Source: an uncultured delta proteobacterium
Lineage (GTDB): Bacteria; Desulfobacterota; Desulfobacteria; Desulfobacterales; Desulfatirhabdiaceae
Reading direction: 5' to 3'
Assembly: GCA_963789395.1 (NCBI GenBank)
Contig: CAWBKP010000020.1
Span: 32,001 to 96,000, forward strand
DNA length: 64,000 bases
Shown here: positions 54,351-64,000 of the stretch, in pieces
How the letters are laid out: every line of letters begins with the position of its first letter
How positions within the stretch are numbered: the stretch's first letter is position 1
Notes under the pieces: model-generated
Databases searched by the model: none
Seen by the model: only the letters and a program-made list of their open reading frames with translations
Told to the model about the DNA's origin: nothing
Translations under genes and position numbers: made by a program

Positions 54351-55807
54351 AATACCGCCTTTTTTTTATGAAAATCGGTTGCCTGTTCAAAATGATACGC
54401 CGCCTTTAAAAGAGTTCCCTCGCTGAAATGCGGCCCCATGAGCTGAAGTCCGATGGGAAGTCCCGTTGCGGAAAAGCCGCAGGGAAGGGACATGCCCGGT
54501 ATTCCCGCAAGATTCGCTGAAAGCGTGAACACGTCAGACAGATACATGGTGAGGGGATCATCCGTGTTTTCGCCGATGGTAAAGGCCGGTGTGGGGGCAA
54601 CCGGCGAGATCAGCATGTCGCAGTGCTCGAACGCTTTTGTAAAGTCTTCCATGATCAGGGTCCGGACCTGGGACGCCTTGCCGTAATAGGCATCGTAATA
54701 TCCCGCGGACAGGGAATATGTTCCCAGAATGATCCGCCGCTGAACCTCTGGGCCGAACCCCTTGGAGCGGGTGTTTCGGTACATTTCCATCAGGTTGGCG
54801 GCTGTTTTGTCCCGGAAACCGTATTTGACCCCGTCATATCTTGCCAGATTGGAGCTGGCCTCGCAGGGCGCGATGACATAATAGGCGGCAACGGCATACT
54901 CGGTGTGGGGAAGGGAGACATCGACGCAGCGAACTCCCAGGTCTTTAAGGGTTTGAATGGCGCGGTTGACGGCAGCGGCAACTTCCGGATCAAGACCCTC
55001 TGATGTATGATATTCTTTGGGAATGCCCGCAACAAGACCCTTGATGTCGCCTTCCAGAAAACGGGTGTAATCCGGAACCGGCTGCGGAACCGAGGTTGAA
55101 TCCATGGGATCATGGCCGGAAATGGCATTTAAGAGCAGGGCGCAGTCCCGGGTATCTTTTGCGATCGGTCCGATCTGATCCAGGGAAGAGGCGAATGCAA
55201 CCAGCCCAAAACGGGATACCCGGCCATAGGTCGGCTTCAGGCCCACCACGCCGCAGTGGGATGCCGGCTGGCGGATCGAGCCGCCGGTATCCGATCCCAG
55301 AGAACCCAGGCACATATCCGCGGCAACGGCTGCTGCGGACCCCCCGCTGGAGCCCCCGGGAATTCTGGATAAATCCCAGGGATTATGCGTTGTTTTAAAC
55401 GCGGAATTCTCCGTGGAAGACCCCATGGCGAATTCATCCATATTGAGTTTGCCGATCAGGACAGCGCCGGCCGCCTTCAGTTTTTGAATGACCGTGGCAT
55501 CATAAGGCGGAATAAAGTTTTCCAGAATCCTTGAAGCGCAGGTGGTCCGAACACCCTGGGTGCAGATCAGGTCCTTGATGGCCAGGGGAATGCCCGTCAG
55601 TGCTTCGCCCCTGCCTTCCGACAGGGTTTTGTCCGCAAGTTCGGCCTGAATCATGGCCGATTCATCATTCAGCGTGATGAATGCGCCGACCCTGTCTTCC
55701 ACAGCATGAATCCGCTCAAGCACCGACTGCGTCAGTTCCCGGGAAGTCAGCTGATGCCGGCTGAGCAGGTCTGCTGCCTGGCTGATTGTCAGCTCATAGA
55801 ATTTCAT
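54347..55807 (-). CDS. gatA: Asp/Glu-tRNA amidotransferase subunit A
   Basis: [51 protein letters not shown]. Confidence 0.97.
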   Translation of the reverse strand: MKFYELTISQAADLLSRHQLTSRELTQSVLERIHAVEDRVGAFITLNDESAMIQAELADKTLSEGRGEALTGIPLAIKDLICTQGVRTTCASRILENFIPPYDATVIQKLKAAGAVLIGKLNMDEFAMGSSTENSAFKTTHNPWDLSRIPGGSSGGSAAAVAADMCLGSLGSDTGGSIRQPASHCGVVGLKPTYGRVSRFGLVAFASSLDQIGPIAKDTRDCALLLNAISGHDPMDSTSVPQPVPDYTRFLEGDIKGLVAGIPKEYHTSEGLDPEVAAAVNRAIQTLKDLGVRCVDVSLPHTEYAVAAYYVIAPCEASSNLARYDGVKYGFRDKTAANLMEMYRNTRSKGFGPEVQRRIILGTYSLSAGYYDAYYGKASQVRTLIMEDFTKAFEHCDMLISPVAPTPAFTIGENTDDPLTMYLSDVFTLSANLAGIPGMSLPCGFSATGLPIGLQLMGPHFSEGTLLKAAYHFEQATDFHKKKAVL

Positions 55808-55823
55808 ATCCGATATTGTCCTA

Positions 55824-56111
55824 TCACCCGATCACCCTGGGTACCTGAAATGTCCCGTCATCTTTTTCCGGAGCATTACAAAGCGCCTGTTCCAGGGGCA
55901 AGTGTATTTTGATTTCGTCTTCGCGAAAGGCGTTGGTTAAAAAAATGGCATGGGAGGTGGGGCTGACGCCGGTCGTATCCAGACGGTTCAGCGTATCCAC
56001 ATACTCCAGGATGGTTCCCACCTGATGGGAAAACTTATCGACCGATGCGTCATCCAGCTCAAGGCGGGCCAGATTTGCGACATGAATGACATCTTCTTTT
56101 GATATTTTCAT
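55824..56111 (-). CDS. gatC: Asp/Glu-tRNA amidotransferase subunit C
   Basis: [17 protein letters not shown]...PTSH...FRED...NAP...FQVPRV. Confidence 0.95.
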   Translation of the reverse strand: MKISKEDVIHVANLARLELDDASVDKFSHQVGTILEYVDTLNRLDTTGVSPTSHAIFLTNAFREDEIKIHLPLEQALCNAPEKDDGTFQVPRVIG

Positions 56112-56209
56112 GAAATTGCCTGTGAATGATTGATGAATGGCGTCAGACGCCAACAATCGGAATTGTGAGGGGCATGGAAATTCATGTGCCGTTACACTGC
56201 GCTCTTCTG

Positions 56210-57080
56210 TTACGGTTTGACCAGAGATGCATCCACGTTTTCCTGACGCAACCGATTCAGCACGGCTTCCGCCTCCGTTGAACTGGCATATTTTCCAATG
56301 GTAACCGTGTACCAGATGCCTTTTCCCTGAATCATCTTTGGCGTCTTTGTCGCCGATATCCCTTTGCTGCGAAGGCTTTCAATGAGTGCATCGGCGGATT
56401 TTCTGTCAACCATGGATGTCAGATGAACGGCAACCGGTTGTGCTGCTGTCGCCGCCTTGGTGTCGGAAACCGGGGGTTGCGGTTTTGGCGCTGCAGCGGA
56501 AGCGCGTTCCGGGGGTGGGGCAACCGGTCGTTCCGGAGCCGTCTCTCTTGCCTGAGATGCTTTAAGATCATACATGGATTTAATCTTGACTTCAGGTTCC
56601 GGTTTTATGGCATCCGGGGGATGTTCAACCGTTTCAGGCTTGGCAGCTGTTTGAAAATCCGATTTTACCGATGGCAGGCTGCGGTTCTTGAACAGGTTCC
56701 GGATGGGCAGGTTTGGGCGTTTCCGACGGCTTGATCGGCTTTTCCGGTACCGGAATCTGCATCATGCCGGAATCCTCTGATTTTTTTTTAAGCTCCTCGG
56801 GATATTCCAATTCGGCCTGAGTTGCAAGAATGTCTGTCTCGATATCGTTTTGAGTCTTTTGGTTATCCGTAAACGTCTTGGAAAGGAGTGCAATTTCAGT
56901 TTCGATTTTTTTATAATCAAACATGGCGGGCGCTGTTCCCCTGCCGACGAAAACACCTAGAAAAAACACGAACCCTGAAATGATAAAAATGACGCCGATC
57001 CACAGCGCGGATCTTTTCTGGTGAGGACCGGGTTGCGGATTGCCGGACTGTGCGTTCTCTGAATGATTATTGGTTTTCAT
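56210..57080 (-). CDS. SPOR-domain membrane protein (FtsN/DedD-like), indel(s)
   Basis: TM segment followed by GVFVGRG, a Pro-rich linker and a C-terminal SPOR-like domain (GIWYTVTIGKY...EAEAVLNRL). Downstream of argS. Confidence 0.75.
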
Positions 57081-57136
57081 TGAAATTTTCCGTACAAAAC
57101 AATCAGGAAATCATGAACCAGCGGTGGTTCATGATC

Positions 57137-58802
57137 TTACATGGATTCCGGCGCGGAAACCCCCAGTAGCGACAGGCCGTTTGCGATAACCTGCTTTACA
57201 GCCTGCATCAGATAGAGCCTGGCTTGGGTCAACCGGGGGTCGTCGGTCAGCACCCGCTGCCGGTTGTAGTACGCATGAAAGGCCGCTGCCAGTTCCATCA
57301 GGAAAAAAGTGATGCGATGCGGCTCCATCAGTTCCGCACTGAAGCGGACGATTTCCGGGTATTTTACCATCATTTTGATCAGTGAAATATCCTCCGGCGT
57401 ATTCAGAAGGCAAAGGTCGGTCTCTGCCTCCGGTATCCCGGCGATTCCCAGCTCAATACTTTTTCGGACAATACTGCAGATTCTGGCGTGAACATACTGG
57501 ACATAATATACCGGATTGTCATTGGTTTTTTGTTTTGCCAGCTCAAGGTCGAAATCCAGCGTATTGTCGGAGCTTCGCGTTAAAAAAATAAATCTGGCAG
57601 CGTCTTTTCCGACTTCCTGAATCACATCCCGAAGCGTCACAAACTCACCCGCGCGGGTGGACATGGCCACGGGCGCGCCGGCCCGCAATAAACTGACCAG
57701 CTGTACCAGGATGACATGAAACTGATCTTTCCGGTATCCGCCGGATACAATGGCGGCAGTGACCCGGGGGATATATCCGTGATGATCCGCGCCCCATACG
57801 TCAATCACCTTTTCAAATCCCCTGGCGAACTTGTCATAGTGATAGGCGATATCGGAGGCGAAATAAGTGGTTTGTCCATTTTGACGGACCACTACCCGGT
57901 CTTTTTCATCCCCGTGAGACGTGGTGTCAAACCAGAGTGCACCCTCTTTTTCGTAAATGATGTTGCGATTTTTGAAATCGTCGATGACAGCAGCGACTTT
58001 TCCGGAATCATACAGGCCTTGTTCGCTGAACCAGCAGTCAAAAAAAACACCAAAAGATTCCAGATCCTGCTTCATGCCTTCCAAAATCAGATCGGCGGCA
58101 AATCGGGCACAGAACATCACGGCTTTTTCGTCGGGTTGATCCAGAAGATCCGTGCCTTTCAGATCAATGATCCGGCCGGCGAAATCCTTGATATAGTCGC
58201 CCTGATAGCAGTCATCGGGAAACCGGACGGATTCGCCCAGAAGTTCCTGATACCGGAGAAAGACGGATCTGCCCAGCGTGGTGATCTGTCTTCCGGAATC
58301 GTTGATATAGTATTCCTTTTGAACATCGTATCCGCAAAAGGACAGGATATTGGCCACACTGTCCCCGACGGCGGCGCCGCGGCCATGACCCACATGAAGG
58401 GGACCGGTCGGGTTGGAGCTGACAAATTCAACCTGGATTTTTTTTCCGTTGCCCACATTTGCCGCGCCATACCGGGAGCCCTGTTCGTGAACCTTCTTTA
58501 AAAATCCGATCCAGGATTCCGGCCGGAGATAAAAATTGATAAATCCCGGCCCGGCTATATCCATCCGATCAATCAGCCGGTCCGTATCCTGGATGTGTTT
58601 GACGATGGTTTCGGCAATTTTCCGGGGGGGCATTTTTTGAATTGCCGCCGAAACCATGGCGATATTGCAGGAATAATCCCCATGCGACAGGTTTTTGGGG
58701 ACTTCAATCACAAATTCCGGAAACGACGGGCGAAGCAAACGCGCCGTGTTCATGCGCCGCGGTCAGTGCCTGCAAAATGAGATGTTCGAGTTGCTGTTTC
58801 AT
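57137..58802 (-). CDS. argS: Arginine--tRNA ligase (N-terminal indel)
   Basis: HGDYSCN, AGPGFINF, VEFVSSNPTGPLHVGHGR, EYYINDSG, WGADHHGY, MSTRAG, NPVYYVQYVHAR. Start MKQQLE at 58802. Confidence 0.96.
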
Positions 58803-58903
58803 TAAAAATGCAATAAATCCAATTGGGTTATCAGGTTTGGGCGGCTTTTGAGCAAATTCATAAAGGGTTTTTCCGGTCAAGTCAAGAATCTTGACGGTCT
58901 GAG

Positions 58904-59350
58904 CTATACCTTGCCAAACACATACTTGCTGATCAAATCCTCAAAATCAATGGCGGATTCGGTTTCGGTGATCTGGTCTCCGGGTTTCAGTATGACGTCC
59001 GATCCGCCCGGAGTCAACTTGATATACCGGTCCCCGATCAGGCCGGAAGTCTTCACGGAGGCAATGACATCGTCTGTCAGTACGATATTTTTCTGTATTT
59101 TTAATTGGACCAGGGCCATCTGGCGTTTCGGATCGAATTTAATGGCATCCACCTGGCCAACTTGAACCCCGGCAATTTCAATCTGAGAGCCGGACTTCAG
59201 CCCCGCTGCGGACTTGAATCTGGCCTCCAGTGCATAGAAGTTGTCGCCGATCCATTGCATCTTGCCGAGTTGAATGGTTAAATATCCCACGCAGGCAATA
59301 CCGATCAGCATGAATACGCCAACAGCCATTTCAACGGACGTCTTTTGCAT
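58904..59350 (-). CDS. mlaD: MCE-domain lipid asymmetry protein MlaD
   Basis: VGVF TM anchor, ARFKSAAGLK, IAGVQVGQV, VKTSGLIGDRYI, TESAIDFEDLISK. Confidence 0.93.
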   Translation of the reverse strand: MQKTSVEMAVGVFMLIGIACVGYLTIQLGKMQWIGDNFYALEARFKSAAGLKSGSQIEIAGVQVGQVDAIKFDPKRQMALVQLKIQKNIVLTDDVIASVKTSGLIGDRYIKLTPGGSDVILKPGDQITETESAIDFEDLISKYVFGKV

Positions 59351-59362
59351 CTTTCCTCCAAA

Positions 59363-60577
59363 TCAGCATACTTTGAATTGATAAAACGGGTTTGAACTGG
59401 ACTCGGCAGTTTCCAGCAGCGTTTCCAGGCTGCTTTCCGGGGTGGCCTGGGCAAAGCCGACGCTGATGGAAAAACAGAAGTCCGGATTGGGTTTAATATC
59501 GATGAGATCTTTGCCTTGAATCTCACCGGCCAGGTTCTTGCAGAATGCATGGGCCTGGGTTCTGTCGGCATTGGAAATCAGAAGAACGATTTTGTTCAGC
59601 CCGAGCCGGGAACAGGAATCGACAATCGCAATTTTACGGCGAATTTTTAAAGCCAGGTTCTCAAGCACGGTCTGACCGGCGATATGCTCGGCATGTTCAT
59701 AGACCTGGTTGAGATTTTCAAACGTAAAAATAATCAGTGAAAAGGAAATATTGTGATTCTGCAGGCGCACCATTTCCTGCAAAAAACGCCACTCGACATT
59801 GTGCAGATTGCCCCTGTCGGCAGGGACGTCCTGCTGGTCTTCATATCCATAAATGAAGTTTCGAATTTCGGGAACCGCAGTGCGCTGAATTTCATCCGGG
59901 CTTCCTTCAAACAGAATGCGACCCTCGTTCAGCATGGCAACCCGCTGAGAGATATAGAAAATATCCGGAATTTCATGACTGACCACAATACCGGTAAACC
60001 CGAATTTCTTCTGATAGTCGGATATCATGCCGAGAACGGCGTTTTTTCGAATGGGATCCAGGCCTGTTGTGGGTTCGTCAAATAGAATGATTTCCGGGTC
60101 AGTCATCAACGCCCTTGCCAGCGCCACCCGTTTTCTCATGCCGCCGGAGAGCTGGGACGGATATTTGTCTTCTATTCCCCGAATATCCAGATGGGCCATT
60201 TTTTCAGAAGCGCGCCGGCGGATTTCCTTTTCCGGCAAAGACTCCGTCTCCTTCAGCGGCAGTGCAACGTTTTCATACACCGTCAGCGAATCAAACAGGG
60301 CGTTTCCCTGAAACATGTAGCTGAATTTTCGTTTCAGGGTTTTTCGTTCGGCGCGTTTCATTCCGGAAAGGGGCTGGCCATTAAAGAGAATCTGGCCGGC
60401 ATCCGGCTCCACAAGTCCGATAATGTGCTTCAGCAGCACGCTTTTCCCGCCCCCGCTCTTTCCAATGATAGTGGTGATCTCTCCCTGAAAAATGCTGAGC
60501 GTTATTCCGTCCAGAACCTTGTTGGAGCCGAATGTTTTTTGAATGTCATTCAATTGAATCAGCGGTGTTTTCGTCAT
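59363..60577 (-). CDS. mlaF: MlaF-type ABC ATPase with a C-terminal degenerate GGDEF-like domain
   Basis: GKSGGGKS, FQGNALFDS, LSGGMRKRVALARA, FDEPTTGLDP, VSHE, then a ~155-aa extension with the GGDEF fold pattern. Confidence 0.88.
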   Translation of the reverse strand: MTKTPLIQLNDIQKTFGSNKVLDGITLSIFQGEITTIIGKSGGGKSVLLKHIIGLVEPDAGQILFNGQPLSGMKRAERKTLKRKFSYMFQGNALFDSLTVYENVALPLKETESLPEKEIRRRASEKMAHLDIRGIEDKYPSQLSGGMRKRVALARALMTDPEIILFDEPTTGLDPIRKNAVLGMISDYQKKFGFTGIVVSHEIPDIFYISQRVAMLNEGRILFEGSPDEIQRTAVPEIRNFIYGYEDQQDVPADRGNLHNVEWRFLQEMVRLQNHNISFSLIIFTFENLNQVYEHAEHIAGQTVLENLALKIRRKIAIVDSCSRLGLNKIVLLISNADRTQAHAFCKNLAGEIQGKDLIDIKPNPDFCFSISVGFAQATPESSLETLLETAESSSNPFYQFKVC

Positions 60578-60596
60578 GGATCACCAGTATAAGACG

Positions 60597-61400
60597 CTAC
60601 AGTAGAATTGAAGTCAGGATGTAATCCGTAATCAGTACCAGAACGCAGGACAGGACCACGGCGGATGTTGTTGAAAGACTGACGCCTTTGGATCCGAACC
60701 CATCGGTCTGCAAATGGGTAAAATATCCCTTGAAACAGCAGACGGTTACCACCACCAATGCAAACACGATGGATTTGGCAAAGCCGCCGGAAATGTCCTT
60801 CATCACCACGCTGGATTCAACACGTGCAAAATAAATGCCCGGATTGATACCCAGAAGGACCGAACCCGTCAGATATCCGCCAAAAATCCCGATGACATCA
60901 AATAAGGCGGTCAGCAGCGGAAAACTGATGAGCGCAGCGGCGATTCTGGGACTGACCAGATACCTTACCGGGTCGATGTCCATGGTTTCAAGCGCATCGA
61001 TCTGCTCGGATATCCGCATGATGCCGATTTCCGCCGCCATAGCGGAACCGGCTCTGCCGACAACCATGATCGCGGTAAGAACCGGCCCCATTTCCCGCAC
61101 CAGCGACAGGGCCACGGCTGCGCCCAGCATGCCTTCGGAGCCGAATTTCACCAGCGTGTAATATCCCTGAAGGCCCAGTACCATTCCGGTGAATGCGCCT
61201 GTCAGGCAGATGACAAAAACGGATTTCATGCCGATAAAAAAAACCTGTTCGACTATTTTATAAATCTGGAGCGGCCAGGAAAAAATATGAATTACTCCCC
61301 AGATAAAAAACATGGTCATTTTACCCAGACCCCGGACAGGGGAAAGGGTTATTCGCCCAGGGTTAGAAACCGACAGTTTAACAGTAGTCAGGATTGTCAT
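60597..61400 (-). CDS. mlaE: MlaE ABC permease
   Basis: FTGMVLGLQG, VREMGPVLTA, GRAGSAMAAEIG, EQIDALETM, GVSLSTTSAVV. Confidence 0.95.
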   Translation of the reverse strand: MTILTTVKLSVSNPGRITLSPVRGLGKMTMFFIWGVIHIFSWPLQIYKIVEQVFFIGMKSVFVICLTGAFTGMVLGLQGYYTLVKFGSEGMLGAAVALSLVREMGPVLTAIMVVGRAGSAMAAEIGIMRISEQIDALETMDIDPVRYLVSPRIAAALISFPLLTALFDVIGIFGGYLTGSVLLGINPGIYFARVESSVVMKDISGGFAKSIVFALVVVTVCCFKGYFTHLQTDGFGSKGVSLSTTSAVVLSCVLVLITDYILTSILL

Positions 61401-61443
61401 GGATAACCCCTTTTTCACAGCAAGCTTATTATTAATCGTATGC

Positions 61444-61473
61444 ATACTACAGCGAAAAATCCGGATGTGTCAA
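61444..61473 (-). promoter_or_regulatory. Candidate sigma70 promoter of mlaEFD
   Basis: Minus-strand TTGACA, 18-bp spacer, TAGTAT. Confidence 0.45.
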
Positions 61474-61713
61474 GCCAATGCCATTGTCTGAATCAAGAAT
61501 TTTATCCAAAGGAAAAAAGGCATTCCAGGAAAAACCCTTCATGCAATGCGGTGCATCTAAAGCAGCAGTCGATAAATCTGTGGTTTTCCGGAAACAATCA
61601 AAATATCGCTTGCTTTTTCAAATGGCTAACACTTAAAATATGAACAATGTAATTATATTATTCTACTAAAACCGGCAATAAATTGATTTGCCTTGACTTA
61701 CAGGAGTGTGTTT

Positions 61714-62342
61714 ATGTCGACAATACGAATCCGTAGTTTATTTGCATTGGGTATGATGCTGTTGCTGGTGCTTGACAGGGGTATGCAGGCCTGTCAGCGG
61801 CCACCTCTCCCCTGGAAGCGTTGAAAATTCCGGTCGAAACGGTGCTGGGTCTTTTAAAAGATCCGAAATACAAGGACCCGGATCAGCGTCAGCAACAGCG
61901 GGACAAAATTTTCGCCATTACCCGAAAGTTGTTTGATTATACCGAAATGTCCAAGCGGGCGCTTGCCCGTAACTGGAAATCGTTCAGTCCTCAGGAGCAG
62001 CTGCAATTTGTCGATGTTTTTGCCGACCATCTCAGCAATTCCTATATGGATAAGGTTCAGGGCGAATACAAGGGTGAGACAGTTGTTTTCCTGGGCCAGG
62101 AGATGGTTGCCGATGGAAAGGCATTGGTGACAACCAAAGTCGAGCGTCAGCCCAGCGATATCTCGGTGGATTACAGCATGCTTTTGGTCGATAACCAGTG
62201 GCGGGTATATGATGTCAACATCGAGGGTGTCAGTCTGATCAAGAATTACCGTAGCCAGTTTGATCAGATTCTGGTCAAGGAAACTCCCGCACAGTTGATC
62301 GAACGCCTGAAGAAGAAAGTTGACGTGAAAATCGGAAACTAA
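61714..62342 (+). CDS. mlaC: MlaC/Ttg2D periplasmic phospholipid-binding protein (indel in signal region)
   Basis: FDYTEMSKRALARNW, VDYSM, WRVYDVNIEGVSLIKNYRSQF. AGGAG SD before ATG 61714. Confidence 0.9.
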
Positions 62343-62355
62343 CGCTGTATGGAGC

Positions 62356-63141
62356 GTGACAAATCCGCCCATAGGAAGAGAGGTTTTTTTGAAAAAGACA
62401 GCGATTATTCTGATCCTATCCGGTTTGCTCATGATGTTGCCAAGCATTCAGGCCGGCTATTCCGCAGACTCTCCGGCTGCCCGGACCACGTCATCTGATG
62501 ACGAAGATTATCTGGATGATGAAGAGCCGCGTGCCACCGTTGCCGATCCGCTTTCCGGACTGAACCGGGCCGTATTTGAATTTAATGACAAGGCGTATTT
62601 CTGGGTCTTGAAACCCGTTGCCCAGGGATATAAGGCAGTCGTTCCTTCACCGGTCCGGCAGGGTATCTCTGAATTTTTTTTACAATCTGAAAGCACCGGT
62701 CCGGATCGCCAACTGTTTTTTACAGGGAAAAATGGAGGCCATGGCAAGCGAGATGGCCCGGTTTGTTTACAACACGACGTTTGGTATTTTGGGATTCTGG
62801 GACCCGGCAAAGGATTACCCCCATCTGAATCCGCCGGAAGAAGATTTCGGGCAGACGCTTGGATTATTTGGCATCGGCAACGGCATCTATCTGGTGCTGC
62901 CCTTGCTCGGGCCGTCCACGCTTCGGGACACGGTGGGCTTAGGAGGAGACTATTGTCTGAGTCCTACGACATATATTGATCCTGAGCGCGATTGACCTGG
63001 TCAATGAAAGTCGAGGAAGATGTCAATGCTCTGTCGTTTCGAATCGGTGATTATGAGAAATTGAAGGATGCGGCCATTATCCCCTATGAGTCGTTCAAAG
63101 ACGGGTATCTCCAGTATCGGAAGAAGAAAATTGAAGAGTAA
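62356..63141 (+). CDS. mlaA: MlaA/VacJ family protein (indels)
   Basis: DPLSGLNRAVFEFND, LKPVAQGY, NFFYNL, RFVYNTTFGILG, EDFGQTLG, YLVLPLLGPSTLRD, PYESFKDGYLQYR. Confidence 0.9.
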
Positions 63142-63159
63142 TGGCTTTCAGGCAAGTTT

Positions 63160-64000
63160 ATGAAACTGACATCCAAACTTCCGGATACAGGCGTAACGAT
63201 ATTTACCCGAATGACGGCGCTGGCCAATGCGCATGGCGCCATCAATCTTTCCCAGGGATTTCCGGACTTTGAAATTTCGGCCGATCTGATCGCAGGCGTT
63301 TACGACCACATGTGTTCCGGAAAGAACCAGTATGCCCCCATGCAGGGGGTTCCGGCGCTTCGGGAACGAATTGCAGAAAAAGTCTTTCAGCTCCATCAGG
63401 CCGCATATGATCCGGATTCTGAGATCACCATTACTTCCGGGGCCACGGAGGCTATTTTTGACGCCATCACCGCCGTGGTGCATCCCGGCGATGAAGTCAT
63501 CGTTTTTGAACCGGCGTACGATTCCTATGTGCCGGCCATCCTGCTTTGCGGCGGGGTTCCCGTTTTTGTGAAACTGCATCATCCGGATTACCACATCAAC
63601 TGGGATGAGGTTGCCGGCGCCGTCAATTCAAAAACACGCCTGATCATCCTGAACTCTCCCCATAATCCCACCGGAGCGGTATTGACGGAAACAGACATCG
63701 CCGCATTGATCGGGATTGTTCGCAATACGGATGTATTTATCCTGAGCGATGAGGTTTACGAACACATCATTTTCGACGGCAGGGTACATGAAAGCATGTG
63801 CCGGCATCCCGAACTCAGTCAGCGCAGTTTTGTGGTCTGTTCTTTCGGAAAAATGGTTCACGCAACCGGATGGAAAACCGGGTACTGTCTGGCGCCCCGG
63901 GCCCTTTCACAGGAATTTCAAAAAATTCATCAGTTTGTCACATTTGCGTCCAATACCCCTGTTCAACACGCCCTTGCTGACTATCTCTCCATTCCGGGTG
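63160..64000 (+). CDS. ybdL: PLP-dependent aminotransferase, YbdL/methionine aminotransferase-like (runs off window; absent from ORF track)
   Basis: MKLTSKLPDTGVTIFTRMTALA...AINLSQGFPD, NQYAPMQG, TSGATEAIF, LNSPHNPTG, SDEVYEHI, SFGKMVHATGWK. Confidence 0.9.
   Translation, partial: MKLTSKLPDTGVTIFTRMTALANAHGAINLSQGFPDFEISADLIAGVYDHMCSGKNQYAPMQGVPALRERIAEKVFQLHQAAYDPDSEITITSGATEAIFDAITAVVHPGDEVIVFEPAYDSYVPAILLCGGVPVFVKLHHPDYHINWDEVAGAVNSKTRLIILNSPHNPTGAVLTETDIAALIGIVRNTDVFILSDEVYEHIIFDGRVHESMCRHPELSQRSFVVCSFGKMVHATGWKTGYCLAPRALSQEFQKIHQFVTFASNTPVQHALADYLSIPG

Noticed and set aside
1..64000. CRISPR arrays, tRNA/rRNA genes, intact IS elements, integrases or prophage
   Set aside because: None recognised. 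The short repeats present are 7-9-bp tandem or inverted units without unique spacers.

Overview
Chromosomal window from a sulfate-reducing deltaproteobacterium (Desulfobacterales-like, judged from aprBA-qmoABC and gene style). In order it holds: the end of a pilus-associated gene; a RelBE/StbDE-type toxin-antitoxin (TA) pair and a deleted MazEF-like remnant; a sigma54-driven type IV minor-pilin operon (fimT/pilW/pilV/pilX/pilY1) with a DUF4124-like gene; a VapBC-type TA pair; a PilB/GspE ATPase; an AsmA/YhdP-like gene with a ~990-bp internal tandem duplication; an oxygen-defence cluster (rubrerythrin, desulfoferrodoxin, rubredoxins, flavodoxin, triheme cytochrome, flavoprotein-ArsC-like fusion, FprA); and a nitrogen block (NtrC-like regulator, gdhA, a REC-REC-dikinase-like protein, and a stand-alone glutamate-synthase FMN-domain gene behind two ANTAR-type dual-hairpin RNA motifs). 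After that come qmoCBA-aprAB, MoxR/VWA, a sirtuin, recDBC, rarD, a LOR/SDH-like gene, mutL, gatAC, a SPOR gene, argS, mlaDFE/mlaCA (MlaF fused to a degenerate GGDEF domain) and a partial ybdL-like aminotransferase. Many genes are split by 1-2 bp indels, including ones expected to be essential (qmoA, qmoB, argS). Most breaks are therefore probably long-read sequencing errors, and split genes are reported as merged CDS. The strongest candidates for undescribed biology are the REC-dikinase/GDH/ANTAR nitrogen module, the MlaF-GGDEF-like fusion, the duplicated AsmA-like bridge protein and the heptamer-repeat four-helix-bundle cassette remnants. All family calls come from motif recognition by eye; no database search was run.
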